From Octopus bimaculoides (taxonomy: Eukaryota), in contig NC_068982.1 of the NCBI RefSeq assembly GCF_001194135.2, forward strand, positions 86,846,985 to 86,910,984: a DNA stretch of 64,000 nucleotides, read 5' to 3'. The notes beneath the pieces are model-generated. The model was not told where the DNA came from. It worked only from the letters and a program-made list of their open reading frames with translations, and made no database searches. The number at the start of each line of letters is the position of its first letter. The stretch's first letter is position 1. Both the position numbers and the translations under genes were made by a program. Positions 25,401 through 41,369 of this stretch are shown piece by piece.

Positions 25401-26444
25401 GAATTGTTTCAGAATCGTTTGTTTATGTAGTNNNNNNNNNNNNNNNNNNNNNNNNNNNNNNNNNNNNNNNNNNNNNNNNNNNNNNNNNNNNNNNNNNNNN
25501 NNNNNNNNNNNNNNNNNNNNNNNNNNNNNNNNNNNNNNNNNNNNNNNNNNNNNNNNNNNNNNNNNNNNNNNNNNNNNNNNNNNNNNNNNNNNNNNNNNNN
25601 NNNNNNNNNNNNNNNNNNNNNNNNNNNNNNNNNNNNNNNNNNNNNNNNNNNNNNNNNNNNNNNNNNNNNNNNNNNNNNNNNNNNNNNNNNNNNNNNNNNN
25701 NNNNNNNNNNNNNNNNNNNNNNNNNNNNNNNNNNNNNNNNNNNNNNNNNNNNNNNNNNNNNNNNNNNNNNNNNNNNNNNNNNNNNNNNNNNNNNNNNNNN
25801 NNNNNNNNNNNNNNNNNNNNNNNNNNNNNNNNNNNNNNNNNNNNNNNNNNNNNNNNNNNNNNNNNNNNNNNNNNNNNNNNNNNNNNNNNNNNNCACATAT
25901 GTATGTATGCATATATGTATATATATACTATATATATATATAAAGTAAAATGTAAAAAAGTCAAAGGGAAGAGTAAGTACCGTTAAGCAGGTTTTTAATC
26001 ACCACAAATGTTTTGATACATACAGATCCTCATATATACAGGATTTAAAGACGAGAATTGTTAGCATACCATAAGAATACTACTGGTTATTTGAGAATTC
26101 TAATGGTGAATAAGCTCTATTTGTACTCTTATAGGTTCTTAACAGAATACACCTCAACTATATATTTATATATATATATGTATGCATGTATGTATATATA
26201 TATGGGAAAATATACGAAAAAACAACAACAGACGAGGACAGGTGGTGTAAATAACAAAAGGATGNNNNNNNNNNNNNNNNNNNNNNNNNNNNNNNNNNNN
26301 NNNNNNNNNNNNNNNNNNNNNNNNNNNNNNNNNNNNNNNNNNNNNNNNNNNNNNNNNNNNNNNNNNNNNNNNNNNNNNNNNNNNNNNNNNNNNNNNNNNN
26401 NNNNNNNNNNNNTATATATATATATGTATGCATGTATGTATATA

Positions 26445-27930
26445 TATCATCATCACCATCATCGTTTAACGTCCGCTTTCCATGCTAGCATGGGTTGGAC
26501 GATTTTCACTGAGGACTGGTGAACCAGATGGCTACACCAGGCTCCAATCTGATTTGGTAGAGTTTCTACAGCTGGATGCCCTTCCTAACGCCAACCACTC
26601 CGAGAGTGTAGTGGGTGCTTTTCCGTGCCACCGGCATGAAGGCCAGTCAGGCGGTACTGGCAACGGTCACGCTCAAAAAGGTGTATTTTACGTGTCACCT
26701 GCACAGGAGCCTGTCCAGCGGCACTGGCAACGACCTCGCTTGAATGATTTTCTAATGTGCCACCAGCACAAGTGCTAGAAGGCAATGCTGGGAACGATTA
26801 TGCTCTAATGGTGCTATTTCCGGGCCACTAGCACAGAAGCCAAACAGCTACTCTGGCAATGAACATGCTCGACAGTGCTGTTAGTGCTCCACTAGTGTGG
26901 TGACTAGTCATAGAGTATGGTTCAATTACGATTTCACTTGCCCCAACAGGTCTTCACAAGCAGAGTTTAGTGTCCAATGAAGGAGAGGTTGGCATGCGTG
27001 CCAGTCATCGGATTCGGTTCGATTTCGATTTCAGATTTCAAATTCCAAATTCACTTGCCTCAACAGGCCTTCGCAAGCAGGGTTTTTAGTGTCCAATGAA
27101 GTAAAGATATGGATTAGTGAGCTGGTTACACTTTTGGCAGAGATCACAGATTATGCTCTCACTTGCCTTGCCAGGTCTTCTCATGTACTGCATATTTCCA
27201 AAGGTCCCGTCACTGGTCTTTGCCTTGGTGAGGCCTAAAGTTCAAAGGTCGTACTTTACCACCTCATCCCAGGTCTTCCTCGGTCTACCTCTTCCACAGG
27301 TTCCCTCAACTGCTAGGGTGTGGGACATTTTCACAGAGCTATCCTCATCCATTCTTGCCACATGGCCATACCAGCGCAATCGTCTCTCTTGCACACCACA
27401 ACTGATGCTTCTTAGGTCTAACTTTTCTCTCAAGGTACTTACACTCTGTGGGCTATGCACACTGACATTACACATCCATCGGAGCATACTTACACATTCT
27501 GTTGAGTATGTACACTTAGCTTATACATTTATCGGAGCATACTGGCTTCATTTCTTGCAAGCAAATGCATGTCCTCAGCAGTCACGGCCCATGTTTCACT
27601 GCCATGTAGCATGGCTGTTCATACACATGCGTCATACAGTCTGCCTTTTACTCTGACTGAGAGGCCCTTTGTCACCAGCAGAGGTAAGAGCTCTCTAAAC
27701 TTTGCCCAGGCTATTCATATTCTAGCAGCTACACTTTCAGCGCACCCTCCCCTGCTACTAACTTGGTCACCTAGATAGCGGAAGCTATCAACTACTTCTA
27801 GTTTTTCAGCCTGGAGTGTGGTAAAGGTTGTTTTCTGCACATTCTCAGTGTTTATTGCTCCTGAGCATTAGCCACATACAAAGACTATCTTGCTAGTTAG
27901 CTGTCCTTTGATATTGGTGCACCTCTTATG
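26445..27930 (-). mobile_element. RTE-clade LINE 3' portion with 3' UTR and (GAT)n tail
   Basis: ORF 27242-27487 reads LREKLDLRSISCGVQERRLRWYGHVARMDED...GRGRPRKTWDEVV, a typical RTE C-terminus. It is contiguous with the tail repeat also found at 41370-41820. Confidence 0.85.
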
Positions 27931-28629
27931 TGTCCATAGCTTACACTGGGTACNNNNNNNNNNNNNNNNNNNNNNNNNNNNNNNNNNNNNNNNNNNNNNN
28001 NNNNNNNNNNNNNNNNNNNNNNNNNNNNNNNNNNNNNNNNNNNNNNNNNNNNNTATATATATATGTGTGTGTGTTTGTAGATGAATAATACGTTCATATA
28101 TATGTATATATATATCTGTATTTTATGTGTAAACATGTATGAAATGTATATGTATATATATAGGAAATACTTGATAACAGCTAATATAAATATTTTCCCA
28201 AGGAGATGTAACAACACAGTAAAGAATACATTTTCCATAATTGTAAATCTCATTCACGCTATCGAATCATTCAGTTGTTCTAATATTAAATACTGAGCCA
28301 TTTTGAAAATAGCTCTCTTCTTTGATCACTCCTCTCATCATCCAAGCGATTCTCTTATTATTTCCGTTTGCCTATCTAGATAGACAGTCTCTTAGTTTAT
28401 CTTCACGCCTTCGCCAACTAAGTCCTGTTGATAATACTGTTGTTGTTGAAAGAGGTAATGATAATAGTAGTAGTAGTAGGAGGAGTAGTGATAGTGGTGG
28501 TGGTGATGGTGGTGGTGGTGGTGTAACAATAACAAATGAAAAAGTACACAAATTTAATAGTCGGTAAATCTCGATAATTTTCGTAGACCAATATTAACTG
28601 CCGGCATTTGCCGAACATTCTCGTGAGTT

Positions 28630-29070
28630 CATACCATATATGGGCACCACTTCCGATGTAGTGGAGCGTCATGACCATTGCGGAATTCGTTCGGTAAAGT
28701 ATGACATTCCTTGTGCCATATATGGTAATTTTCGAGGTAGTACTGCAAAGGTCACGATCTCTAACGTAATTCATAGTGCCTAGTCTTCCCCACAGATTTT
28801 TTGAATTTTGTCCTGTTTTGAGATGTGAAATAATATTTAGTGAAATAAAGATGATTTCTTTTGGTGGGGAGTAGTCAGGTTATCGCTAGTTAAGAACTGT
28901 GCACAATTTTCTAGCGTATGGAAGCTGCTGGTAACAAAAGAATTATGACCTATTTTCGTTACTAAACAAGAGATTCCAACATTACGTCACAATATCTCGT
29001 TGCTGATTGGCTGTTCACTTCTCCATATTTGGTGTTTAAGCGTTCATTCATACGCTATAGTATAAATGAA
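28630..29070 (+). promoter_or_regulatory. Egr promoter: 3 CArG boxes, Ets site, CRE-like site, CCAAT, TATA
   Basis: CCATATATGG 28634-28643 with CACTTCCG (Ets) 28648-28655; CCATATATGG 28716-28725; TTACGTCA 28982-28989; ATTGG 29006-29010; CCATATTTGG 29023-29032; TATAAAT 29061-29067. Confidence 0.85.
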
Positions 29071-29234
29071 CTTTTCATTCATAGATTTTGCCAATAGATC
29101 TTGAGAGTCACGTTATGATATGATGTGTAGAAAAACGCTGGCAAGCTAAGTTTATTGAGTCGTGGCAAAAGCTTGTGAGTTAAACCGAGATTTTCTTCAC
29201 TGTATACACAACTAAGGTTATTACCTCAATCGGT

Positions 29235-29448
29235 ATGATTATGGAAGGCCTGGATACACTAACGCAGGTCGCTCTTGCTGATCAGCTCAGCTTTGATAAC
29301 TTTCACTCGTCTCCAACTACTTTGAGTAACATCGGACGAATACCACCTGAAACTATGGATGATTCTCTTAATACACCCGTCACTACATCATCGGAAACAA
29401 CATTTTTTGGTTCTGATACATGTGAACCAGTACCCATAACTGCTACTG
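29235..29448 (+). CDS. egr: Egr family transcription factor, coding exon 1 (71 codons + 1 nt)
   Basis: MIMEGLDTLTQVALADQ...EPVPITAT lies downstream of the TATA box. The donor G|GTATGT at 29448/29449 is phase 1, matching the exon 2 acceptor phase (G+CA = Ala). Confidence 0.8.
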
Positions 29449-32400
29449 GTATGTATATTTGTAACTATTTTGTAAAACGTAAAGTTTATTTTAAAACTAG
29501 TTCTATGTGATTTTAATCTCGCGTGTATACATGTGTGTGTGTGTTGTATCTTCTATATTATTTTACATGTACTGTTCATGTGTGTATATTTGTATTTGTG
29601 TGAGCGTATCTTCTTCAGTTATTTTACGCGCTTTATATGTACATTCGTACTTAAATAAATATAAGCGAGACAAATGTATTTATCATTGTATCTGAGATAT
29701 TGTTTATAATATTGTGAGTGAAAACAGAAGAACGGTTAAGATTACGGAGAAGTTTTACGAATCGGTGTTGAAGACAGAAGGACAGAATACTGGAGGAAAG
29801 TGACTTGAGTTATTTATTATTACAGACCAGCTGGATATGAAGTACGCAGATTTTAAATCATACAAACGTCTGTAAACAATTCTTCCTTAATATTTCCGGG
29901 TGGATATTTATTATTAATTAACGAATCTTAAAATTTGTACGGTTTATACCGACAATATTTATAATATATGAATGTTATTTACAATATACGCAAACAACTA
30001 CTTCCAGCTCTGTACACACGTCACTTTAAAAATTTTTCCATTCATCTTTTCATTGAGAACTGCCTACGAGTATCGATCGATAACAGAGTACGCTGATGAC
30101 TCGAGTTACCATCGTAGTGGATAAAAACAACTGTGTTAAGACGAAGGAAAGCTCCTAGCTTCGAAGAGAATATATATATATATATATAATATATATGTTA
30201 TATTATATATATATATATATATATATTTATATAATATATACATATGTATATATAATATATACATATATTTATATTATATATAATATATATAATCTATCTA
30301 TCTATCTATACATACATATTTTTTTTTAGTGTTGTCACTATGGATAAACCATCTTGTTTCAGACCTCGTATGTGTGAGATCTGAAACGTATAGTTCCATT
30401 CGTAGAAGCAGTATTGTGATATAAATATTCAAACTGTGACAATGTCTTTATGTACACATCTCTATCTTTCTCTACATATATGCGCGTGTATGTAAATATA
30501 CTATTATACATTTCATTATGTATCTGTCTCTCTCTCACACACACTGTGTTTATAATCTATCTCTCTATCTATTTTTTTTCTCTGTCTGTCTGTATGTGTG
30601 TATGTATATGTTAAAAATTATTACTATAATCATTTTTTTTTTAGATACCGAAATCAGAATATGTTAGCTTTTTTTTCAGTCTTGTGGGGATGTTTGAATG
30701 TAAAGTGATAAAGAAAAGAATGATGAAATGACATTTATTTTCGTATGGTGTCCGGTAACATGTGTTGTGTAGTCAGCCGATCTACTTAATTTCGTTTGTA
30801 CACGTTGTACAAACTTCCAGACAACCATATGGACTATCGCTGGAAGTAGTGAGCAGCCTAAATTACTATGGCTACTACTACTATCTCTGTAATGGAATGA
30901 TATAAAAATCAAAAATAGTTGTATTGATATTATTAGCTACAACATACGTTTTCTGACGTCTAAATCGAATCAAGATTGGAAAATAAAATTAACGTCAAGC
31001 AACCTACTACTACCACTATTTGTAGTAAGTAGTAGTAGTAGTAGTAGTAGTATGTTAATATTATTATTATTATTTTCATCATCCTCATTATTATTATTAT
31101 TATTTTATCTATTTATCTTTTGCTTTTCACTTGATTTTCACAATTGATTTGTTTTGAAACCATTTGAGACCAAGAATATTTATATTTATCGACCCACGAA
31201 GTAATGAACAAAGTAAATAGTCCTCGGCTGTATTTGGACCAAAAGAAATTAAATTAAACATTGTCGTCCATAGTTTTATTTGTGTGCTTGAAATGTTTGC
31301 TTCTAATTTTGGCACAAGGCTAGCAATTGTGGGGGAGTATGTTAGTCGGTATCATCAACCTCAATTCTTGACTGGTACTTTATTTTATCGATTCCGAAAG
31401 AATGAAAAGTAGAGTTGACTTCGCTTAGGTTTGAAACCAGAACATATCGAACTGGAAAAAATACGGCATGACATATTGTTCGATGCACTCTAATGATGAT
31501 TGTGTTTTAAAATAAATATTAGCCTCAGGCAAGAGAAAAATATTCGATTAAATCGAGCCCAATATTAATTGGTACAATCCCAGAGGTAGGAAAGGCAAAG
31601 TAAACCTCAGTAGGATCACATTGGCACTTTGTCGCACATCTATAGGGTCGGGTGTGTGTCGCATGAATAAATTCCAGTTTATATCACTGTTACTATTTAC
31701 TTAGCCGCGGAGGAACGACAGGATTTTAATTCAGAAAGTAAAGGGAAGAGGTGTAGTTGAATTGACCGATCTCACTACACAACTGGTGTCTGTTTTATCG
31801 ATCTTAGACGAAAAGTAAACCGATTTGAACACAGGACTTAAAGAGACGTAACTAAATACCATAAAGCATTATTTTCAGTACTTTACCAATTCTATCAACG
31901 TCCATGTGAAATGTCAGGATAATAACAACCCAATATTTATGATAACAATCCTGTTATTAGACAAGCCACGCAAACTGGAAGAAATACAATAACAATTGGG
32001 ATTGTGCTATAATGAAGTGACTAATAACTGGGAATCGAATCGTAATCGCGAACTCGACTCATTGAATCTTTAATGAACAATATCATTTACAAATATAAAT
32101 AAACAATATTGAAATTAATATAATGTTGCCATAGTTTATAGATTTTCCTTTTTGGTCTTTTGCCATTTATTATTTGGAGCAGGCAGTAAGAGACAGAAAC
32201 AGAGATACTGAGATAGAAAGACTGATTGCTATAATTAAAAGAAGGAAGTGTTGCTACTGTAGTTGTTAGTGCTATAACTGCTGATGCTGCTCATTACTAC
32301 TGTAATGACTTAGACTACCGTCAGTTAAGATTCTTCCATTTCGCATCTACCGAACTGTATTTGGTGGAAAACGAAGAATTTGTTATATTTCGTTATTTGA

Positions 32401-33609
32401 AGCAAGATCTCTTCTCAAACTCCTCATTTAGCAATTCATTTCGTTGTATCAAATAATAATAATAATTATACTTATTGACAAAATTAAATTCTTATACTCT
32501 CAAGCATATGTATCTTATATATTACGCACAAAATTCAAGCAACAAAATGTTTGAAGTTCAGTACTCGAATTCTGCTTCCGTGTCCCGTCAAGCAGAGGAC
32601 TTCAAATTTGCAGTTATTATAAAGCATACACACAACACTTTGATCTTAGCCTCTGTGTCTGTGTGTGTATATATCCAATATGTGTGCTTCTGTGTTAAAT
32701 TGAGATTATTTTAAAATTTTGAAGCAAATTTAAGAATGACAACGGAATCGGTAGATTATTGTAAAATTTGTGTTGGCAGAGACGTTAAGTTAGTTCACCT
32801 TTCAGCTTATTCAACCATTATGTATGTGTATGACCATGTAAATAGTTTGGAAGCCTGTCGAATGGACACCTCCTGGAATTCAAAGTGTCATCTTGGTCAC
32901 AGAATAACTGCTTCTGCCTACAAATTACGTTAAGTGTACACGTGTCTTGTGGAATATTTAATCACTTGGAAGCTAATTTAAAGCGTAGATTGTTTTGGCA
33001 AGAGCTTAGAACACTCATTAAACGCGAAACGATGTATCATCATCATCACCATTACCGCTATCATTATCATCGTTTTAACATCTACTGTTCTATGGTTGCA
33101 TGGGTTGGACCCATACGGGCACCGACATGATTGTATGGTAAAGGAGTTTGCTTTCTAAAACCACACGGCTCCAGGTTCAGCCCTACTGTGTGGCACCTTG
33201 CCCCAGTGTCTTCTACTATATAGTCCCAGGTCAAACAAAACCTTGTGAATAGATTTGGTGGAGGGAAACCGAAAGAAGCCCGTCTATGTTTGTGTCTCTT
33301 TCTCTTGACATCGCTTGGTTGTTACAAATGAATGTTATTCCTAATAGGAGAGTATTGTAGTTCGCTTGAAGCATTGGTAAACTTTTTATTGTTATTCCTA
33401 ATATTCTACAAAAACTGTCTTGTCACAAGACAGCGACAAGAAGGGCATCTGACTGTAGAAAATCCGTTTCAACCTCAAGACAACCCACGTAAGCATGGAA
33501 AAGTGGACAAAACTATGAGGATGCTGATGTATGCCCACATACAAACATACAGATCTATATATTTGTGCATACATACGCGCGCACGCACGCGCACACACAC
33601 ACACACACA

Positions 33610-33656
<47 letters not shown>

Positions 33657-35212
33657 ATTGAAGCCGGCACTTCACGTTTCAGAGTTTAAAGTTTTTCAAA
33701 TCAGAATTTGTGTGAGCTACCGAGACATTAAACTAAAATTTGATGACTCTAACTTTGGTATCAAGTACTCTTTTTATTTACCCTTGCTGGGTTTGCACAT
33801 ATGCGCACTTACATATACATATATACCCAAAGAGACTCGCACACACACCAACTGTTGTTAAACATTGGAACCACTGAAGAGCAATAATATATTTTAGACA
33901 CACATTCATACATATACACTCGTGCTATGGATAAAGTTTTCCTCGCAACCTCTTAGTTTTGGGTTCAATTCCAATGCATGTAACCATGGCCAAGTGTTTT
34001 GTAGTGTAAATCAGAGTCGATCCGCGGCTTATTGTAGACGGAAAGCGCAGGAAATATGTGTATGTCTGTATCTATGCACCCCAGGTATGTATACACACGT
34101 GCTCCGAAAATTACTCAAAGCATTTTATGATGCTAATTTGGTGTACTTATTTGGAGCTAAACATGTAAGGCTTCCTTCCGTTTCGATTACTCGAATAATT
34201 GTAATATTCATACCTATAACACACTTTCACAAACAAACTTTATTGAAACTAAATGCTTATCTCATGATTAGAATTTCACGCCTATGCGATCTTCAGGCGA
34301 GAACTTAGTTCAATAAGCCATCTACGTTATGGATTGGGAACCCATCTCTCATTCGTTCGGTAGAATTCAACGAATATGTGTGTGTGTGTACTATTAAGCT
34401 ATAATATTATATTATAATATGATATTAAACTATAATACTATAGTTCAATTTAATCCTCAACAGGCTTATATAAAATAGAAAAGTCGTTAAGCGATGAGCA
34501 GGAAATGCAAAGTACAGGTATGGAATTAAAGTCGAAAAGCAATACAATCTTCTGAGATGAATAAGTGAAAGAAGAGATGCGATAAGAAAGAGTTAAAAGA
34601 AATTTAGTTGTAACGTAGGCTACCACAACTAATAACGTCACTAACTGGTGGCAAGTCATACAAACTAGGAACAGAAAAATAAATAAACTATATTAAAATG
34701 TCATGTCAAGGTCTTTCTGGTAGTCATACACAGCAAACAGCCGATGTCTCTATCTTCTCATTTACTGTCACTTTATCTTTCTTTTTTTTTTTTTACCACA
34801 CACACACGTATGTATGTATGTATGTATGTATGTATACACACATAGATACATATATACATGTACGTAAATGTGTATATAATGGGCGAGGGAGGGCAAGCAA
34901 ACGAACCGAATCTGTGACCCAATTTGGTTTCAGCTTATACAAACGCATGTATGAATGGCACGACTAGGATTTACACTTTCACTTACGTCAATAGATCTGA
35001 TCATCCATTGATAGATATTCACAAGAGCAAGCAACCGATACATTTGTTTTTGTTTATAAATACTTATTTTCTCATACAAACAAACATGTATTCTTTTACT
35101 CGATTCAGTTATTGGACTATGGCCATCGCGTTTTGCTCAATTTGATCACTGCTGTGTACATATTTTATCGATATAGTTGTCTAGTCTCTAGGTTATGCTT
35201 TGTCAAATGTCG

Positions 35213-35260
<48 letters not shown>

Positions 35261-37114
35261 GAGTAAGCAGCAAGTTAAAAGCTCTCCAGCTGAAATTATT
35301 TGAACAATTACTAAGTTACAAGACCCCTTCCTGTTTCCCCAAAACTCCTTGTAGGGGGTCTCTAAGAAAATCAAGTAAGGGACATAACTCAAATATATTT
35401 TTCGACGTATATGAATGTGGCAAATTCTCGTGGGTGGTTCTGTGTACGCTTTTTCTGTTTCGGATTCATGTTTGTCTAGTGTATATCTTTCTGCCTGTCT
35501 ATTTGTTTGTCCACATACACACACACACATGCCATATGACGAATAACTTCGGAAGTATGGTATATATTTGCCATCATGGGTAATATCAGAAAATATGGCG
35601 TACATGCAATAATTTTAACGTAACTTTTATCAAATTATTTGGTGCTTTACAAAATACCGACAGGAATACTAATTGCTAATTTTCAAAAGAAAAAAATATC
35701 TATAACCGAATAAAATTAAAACAGATTTCTCATTTGTACAAGTCCTAACCATAACTACTCAGTCCTTTAGTGTCTCTCTCTCTCCTCTTCTTCCTTTGTC
35801 TCTATCAGTCTTTCTCTCTACTCATCCTGCACCTACTCTATATGATGTAATAGCTATACACATGTATATCTATATTGTATACTTATATATACATAATATA
35901 TAAAATAAACATACATATATGTAATACACACATATATATTATAACTACCCCTATAATAATTATGACTCAGCTTCCTACCAGTAATGGTTGACTGACAAAA
36001 AGAAGCATCTGTGTTTAACAGTGTCAGCTCAATTACAAGTTTTTTCTTTACACCATACCCTGAAGAATCAGCTGTAACTTTGCACTGGAGCTATGAATGG
36101 AGTTCTGTTTGGAATTTGTTTGAAAGGAAAAAACTATTTTGAATGATAAGTCTTTAGTGAAGTATATTCAGCCTAAACACTCACACACATGTATGTATAG
36201 TATGTGTGTATATATAATAGGTATACATGCATATACATGCAATTTATGTTTTACTGTCATAGTAAATCTATATACAAGGTTGATGTTATTCCTTTTAAGT
36301 CTAACAAATAAAGCCGTTAATACATTTGTTGTTCAATAGAATTTGGTTTAATTTTTGTCAAAACTGAACTATGATAATCCATGGGAAAGGAAAGTAATAT
36401 TTTATTGATTAACACTCATAGATATATAATAAAAACAATCCTATAGCTGTACAAAACTATTATTAAGCAAATGGTTGTATTGATTACTGTGGTTTAGCTT
36501 TGTAAATTTGTATAGCTATTAACACTAAAATAACAAAAAAATTAATGTCAAAGAAATTTGATAGATTATTTCATAGTAAATATAGTATTTAGTTTTGATA
36601 CTAAGTGTTTAAAAACTTTGAAGTTAGGTTTATAAAATAAATACTAGAATTGGTTTGTGCTCAGTCAAAAGAAATCAATACATCAGTTGCTTTCCAATAT
36701 ACTTGATTTGGGGAAGGCAGGAATGTAGCAATTTATTTTCTCTCACTTATGTTCCAGAAATGAATGTAGAATAAAATCACAACTTTCATCTGTTTGTTTT
36801 AAATATATTTCCATTTTAAATGATATTGTTAATGGGATAATTCACTGGTTTACTACATTTCTGAAAGTTTGTAAATCGATACAGAACAAATAACACACAG
36901 AAGCTGAACTTAAAGAGCAATGGTCTTTTGGTATTTTCTTCTCAGTGCTTACATCTTTTGCATGTTTGTGAAAGATATACATATATACTATCAAATGTTT
37001 TACATACTCTTTCTCACTCACACATGTAAATGTTTGTGTGTATGTTGAGTTTTCCTCTAAACTATGTTAGCTTGGCAAAATAGACATATGCCTTTACTTA
37101 TATATATATGTATA

Positions 37115-37460
37115 TAGGTGCTGGTGTGGTTGTGGAACAAGAAGTTTGCTTTCCAACCACATGGGCTGGGTTCAGTCCCACTGTGATGCTTTGGACCTTG
37201 TGAGTGGATTTAGTAGACAGAAACTGAAAGAAGCCTGTCATGTGTGTGTGTCTTTGTGTGTATATTTATGTTTATTTGCCACCACTTCTTGACAACTGGT
37301 GTTTGTTTGATTATGTACCTGTAACTTGGTGGTTCAACAAAAGAAATAGATAAATACTATCAGACCTTAAAAAAATAAGTCCTGGAGTCAATTTATTCAA
37401 CTAAACTCCTCAAGGTAGTGCCTGAGCATGGCTGCAGTCCAGAGACTGTAACAAGTAAAA
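37115..37460 (+). mobile_element. tRNA-derived SINE (family A) in the Egr intron
   Basis: GGTGTGGTTGTGG..AAGTTTGCTTTCCAACCACATGGG..GGGTTCAGTCCCACTG head, GTGAGTGGATTTAGTAGACAGAAACTGAAAGAAGCC body and (TG)n. Confidence 0.8.
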
Positions 37461-37544
37461 AAAATAGTAATATATATATATTTGGTAGTTATATATCTAT
37501 AGTATCCTACCAACACCTGATACTTTCATAGTTATTTTATCTCA

Positions 37545-37790
37545 CTATGAATCCACTGTCATTGTACCTAACCATTTTTTGCATTGTATGTGTTGATGTG
37601 TCTGACATGTAAAAGGCACCCAGCACATTTTGCAAAGTGATTGGTGTTTGGAAGGGCACCCAGCCATAGAGACAATACCAAAACAGACAGATTGTCTGTA
37701 CAGCTCTCTAGCTGGCCAGCTCCTGTCAGACCATCCAACCCATGCATGAAAAACGGATGTTAAACGAAGATGATGATGATGTATATACCT
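37545..37790 (+). mobile_element. RTE-related tail repeat, sense orientation, in the Egr intron
   Basis: AAAGGCACCC...TTGGAAGGGCACCCAGCCATAGA...CCATCCAACCCATGCATG..AAACGGATGTTAAACGAAGATGATGAT. Confidence 0.65.
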
Positions 37791-38109
37791 TTTATCTTTC
37801 CTTTTATTGGTTTCAGTCAGTAGACTGTAGCCATGTTGGGGCACTGCCTTGAAGTCAAAATTTGCCAGCAGCTTTTGTTGGTGATGCTATGACCCATAAT
37901 ATCACCAGAGGTCAGATTTGGCCTAACAGTTCTAAAAATGTATATGATATATACTTTTTGATTTTTACTGGTTACCAGTACTAGAATCAGTGGTGACCAG
38001 AATCAAAACTTTTGATCACAGTTCTGTATATATTGATGCTTTCTTCATTGAGAAACGGAATTAGTATTTACAAGCAGCTGCCTACTCTACTTTTTGGTAA
38101 CCATGGAGT

Positions 38110-38330
38110 CTGACTTGCTTGTGCTGGCTTATTTCCTGAAGTTACTGTAACACATTTTTAGGTAATTTGGATTACTGAACTCCAAGAGTCTTGATCCTTC
38201 ATCATTCCTCATGCTAAATCTATAGCCTACATGTATGCTAGAGAAGTCACCATGTTGTCCAATACATCTGTTAGAGCCGCCAACTGTTATAACAAAGTTG
38301 CTATCGTTCATTATTATGACAGTTGGAAAG
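38110..38330 (-). mobile_element. RTE LINE AP-endonuclease fragment
   Basis: ORF 38129-38311 VITVGGSNRCIG...VGYRFSMRNDEGSRLLEF resembles the RTE endonuclease GDFNGHVG...GFG.RN.EG..LLEF. Confidence 0.6.
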
Positions 38331-38631
38331 AGGGCCTCATAAAAACAGTCTTTTTGTTCATTTGTCAGTAGTGATTATAGTGCATATATAGACATACACA
38401 GTTACTGTCATACACACTCTAAATGGAATTTACTGATCAAATTACTGAGCAGTTTTCTAGAGTTTGAAAAACAAAGTATTTATTATTATTATTATTATTT
38501 ATTGAAATTTTTATTCATTATTATCTACTTATGAAAAACTTCATTTGGCTGTCTCACTGTTTGAAATATTTAGGATGAGTGGAAATATTTGATTTTAACA
38601 ATTAAATTGGTCTTATTTGTATAAGATTTGA

Positions 38632-40272
<1,641 letters not shown>

Positions 40273-40510
40273 AATATGAACTTTAGTTAAAAAATAAATA
40301 AAACACAAGATGACAAATTCTACTGGAACATTATAAAAAAGCATCTCATTGAAATTGACTGTATAAATCAGTTTTAATTAGTATTGCTTTACTAATGAAA
40401 ACTTGATTGCTATGTAAAAGAAACAAAATTTAGAATATGAAAAATATAAATTGGATTTAATTTTTTAAATGTGAACATGAAATGAGCTCAGCTTAGAAAT
40501 AAATTTAAAC

Positions 40511-40574
<64 letters not shown>

Positions 40575-41369
40575 CTGTGCATTTACATTTTTTTTTATAT
40601 GTGAGTAGTAACAAGAAGAAACTTTAAAGACTCATACAAATGGTGAAATCCAGGAAGTCCCACTGTGTGGGGCCAAATCCAAAACTTTATATAATGCACT
40701 CACATACATATGTGTGAACGAGTGGCAAATATTTTTTTCTGCTTTTTCTTGTTGAATTTTTTTTTTTAAGACAAAAATGATGTCAAATTTTTAATACATT
40801 GTGCTTGTGACAAAAACGCAGCAAACATAAGGCACTAATTCAGCGTTTGAGAAATATATGGCAATTTTGTTTCTTTATAAATTACAAGAAATTTATGTTA
40901 TATATATGTAACTAAATGAAATATATCAACCATTTCCTACAAGAAAAAACTCCCCACATTACAGTCTCACTAATTGTGAAAAACATTTACATCAATCATA
41001 TTCTATGAAATTTAAAACCCTTGTATAATTGTGTGCATGCACAAGTGTATGCGTGTTGCCTAAACATTTTACAAACCCTAAGGTTAGTGGTCATGATCTG
41101 CACAAACTACTTAAAATAGATCTGTTTGTTATGCTGGTGAGCAAAGCAGAAAGTCAATTACATGTAATTAATGCGATGAGAGTTTAGATTTACATGTGAA
41201 ATAGTATTTTATGCTTAATTAGAGTAAAATTTTGCAAAGAGAAATAAATAAATATAATGAAATAAAATTTTGTAGAATCCTTCCTTGATCCATGAATAAA
41301 CTTTTGATCTTTAAAGTGATTTAATTAGTTCTTCAGGGGATCTAATAACAAGCTATGAAAGATATATGC

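Noticed and set aside
26160-26445. Direct repeat flanking the small gap
   Set aside because: Identical microsatellite-rich ends on both sides of an N run most likely reflect a scaffolding overlap.
40273-41260. AU-rich elements and a Pumilio site in the Egr 3' UTR
   Set aside because: About seven dispersed ATTTA pentamers is close to background for this AT content, and the TGTATATA match is the edge of a (TA)n tract.
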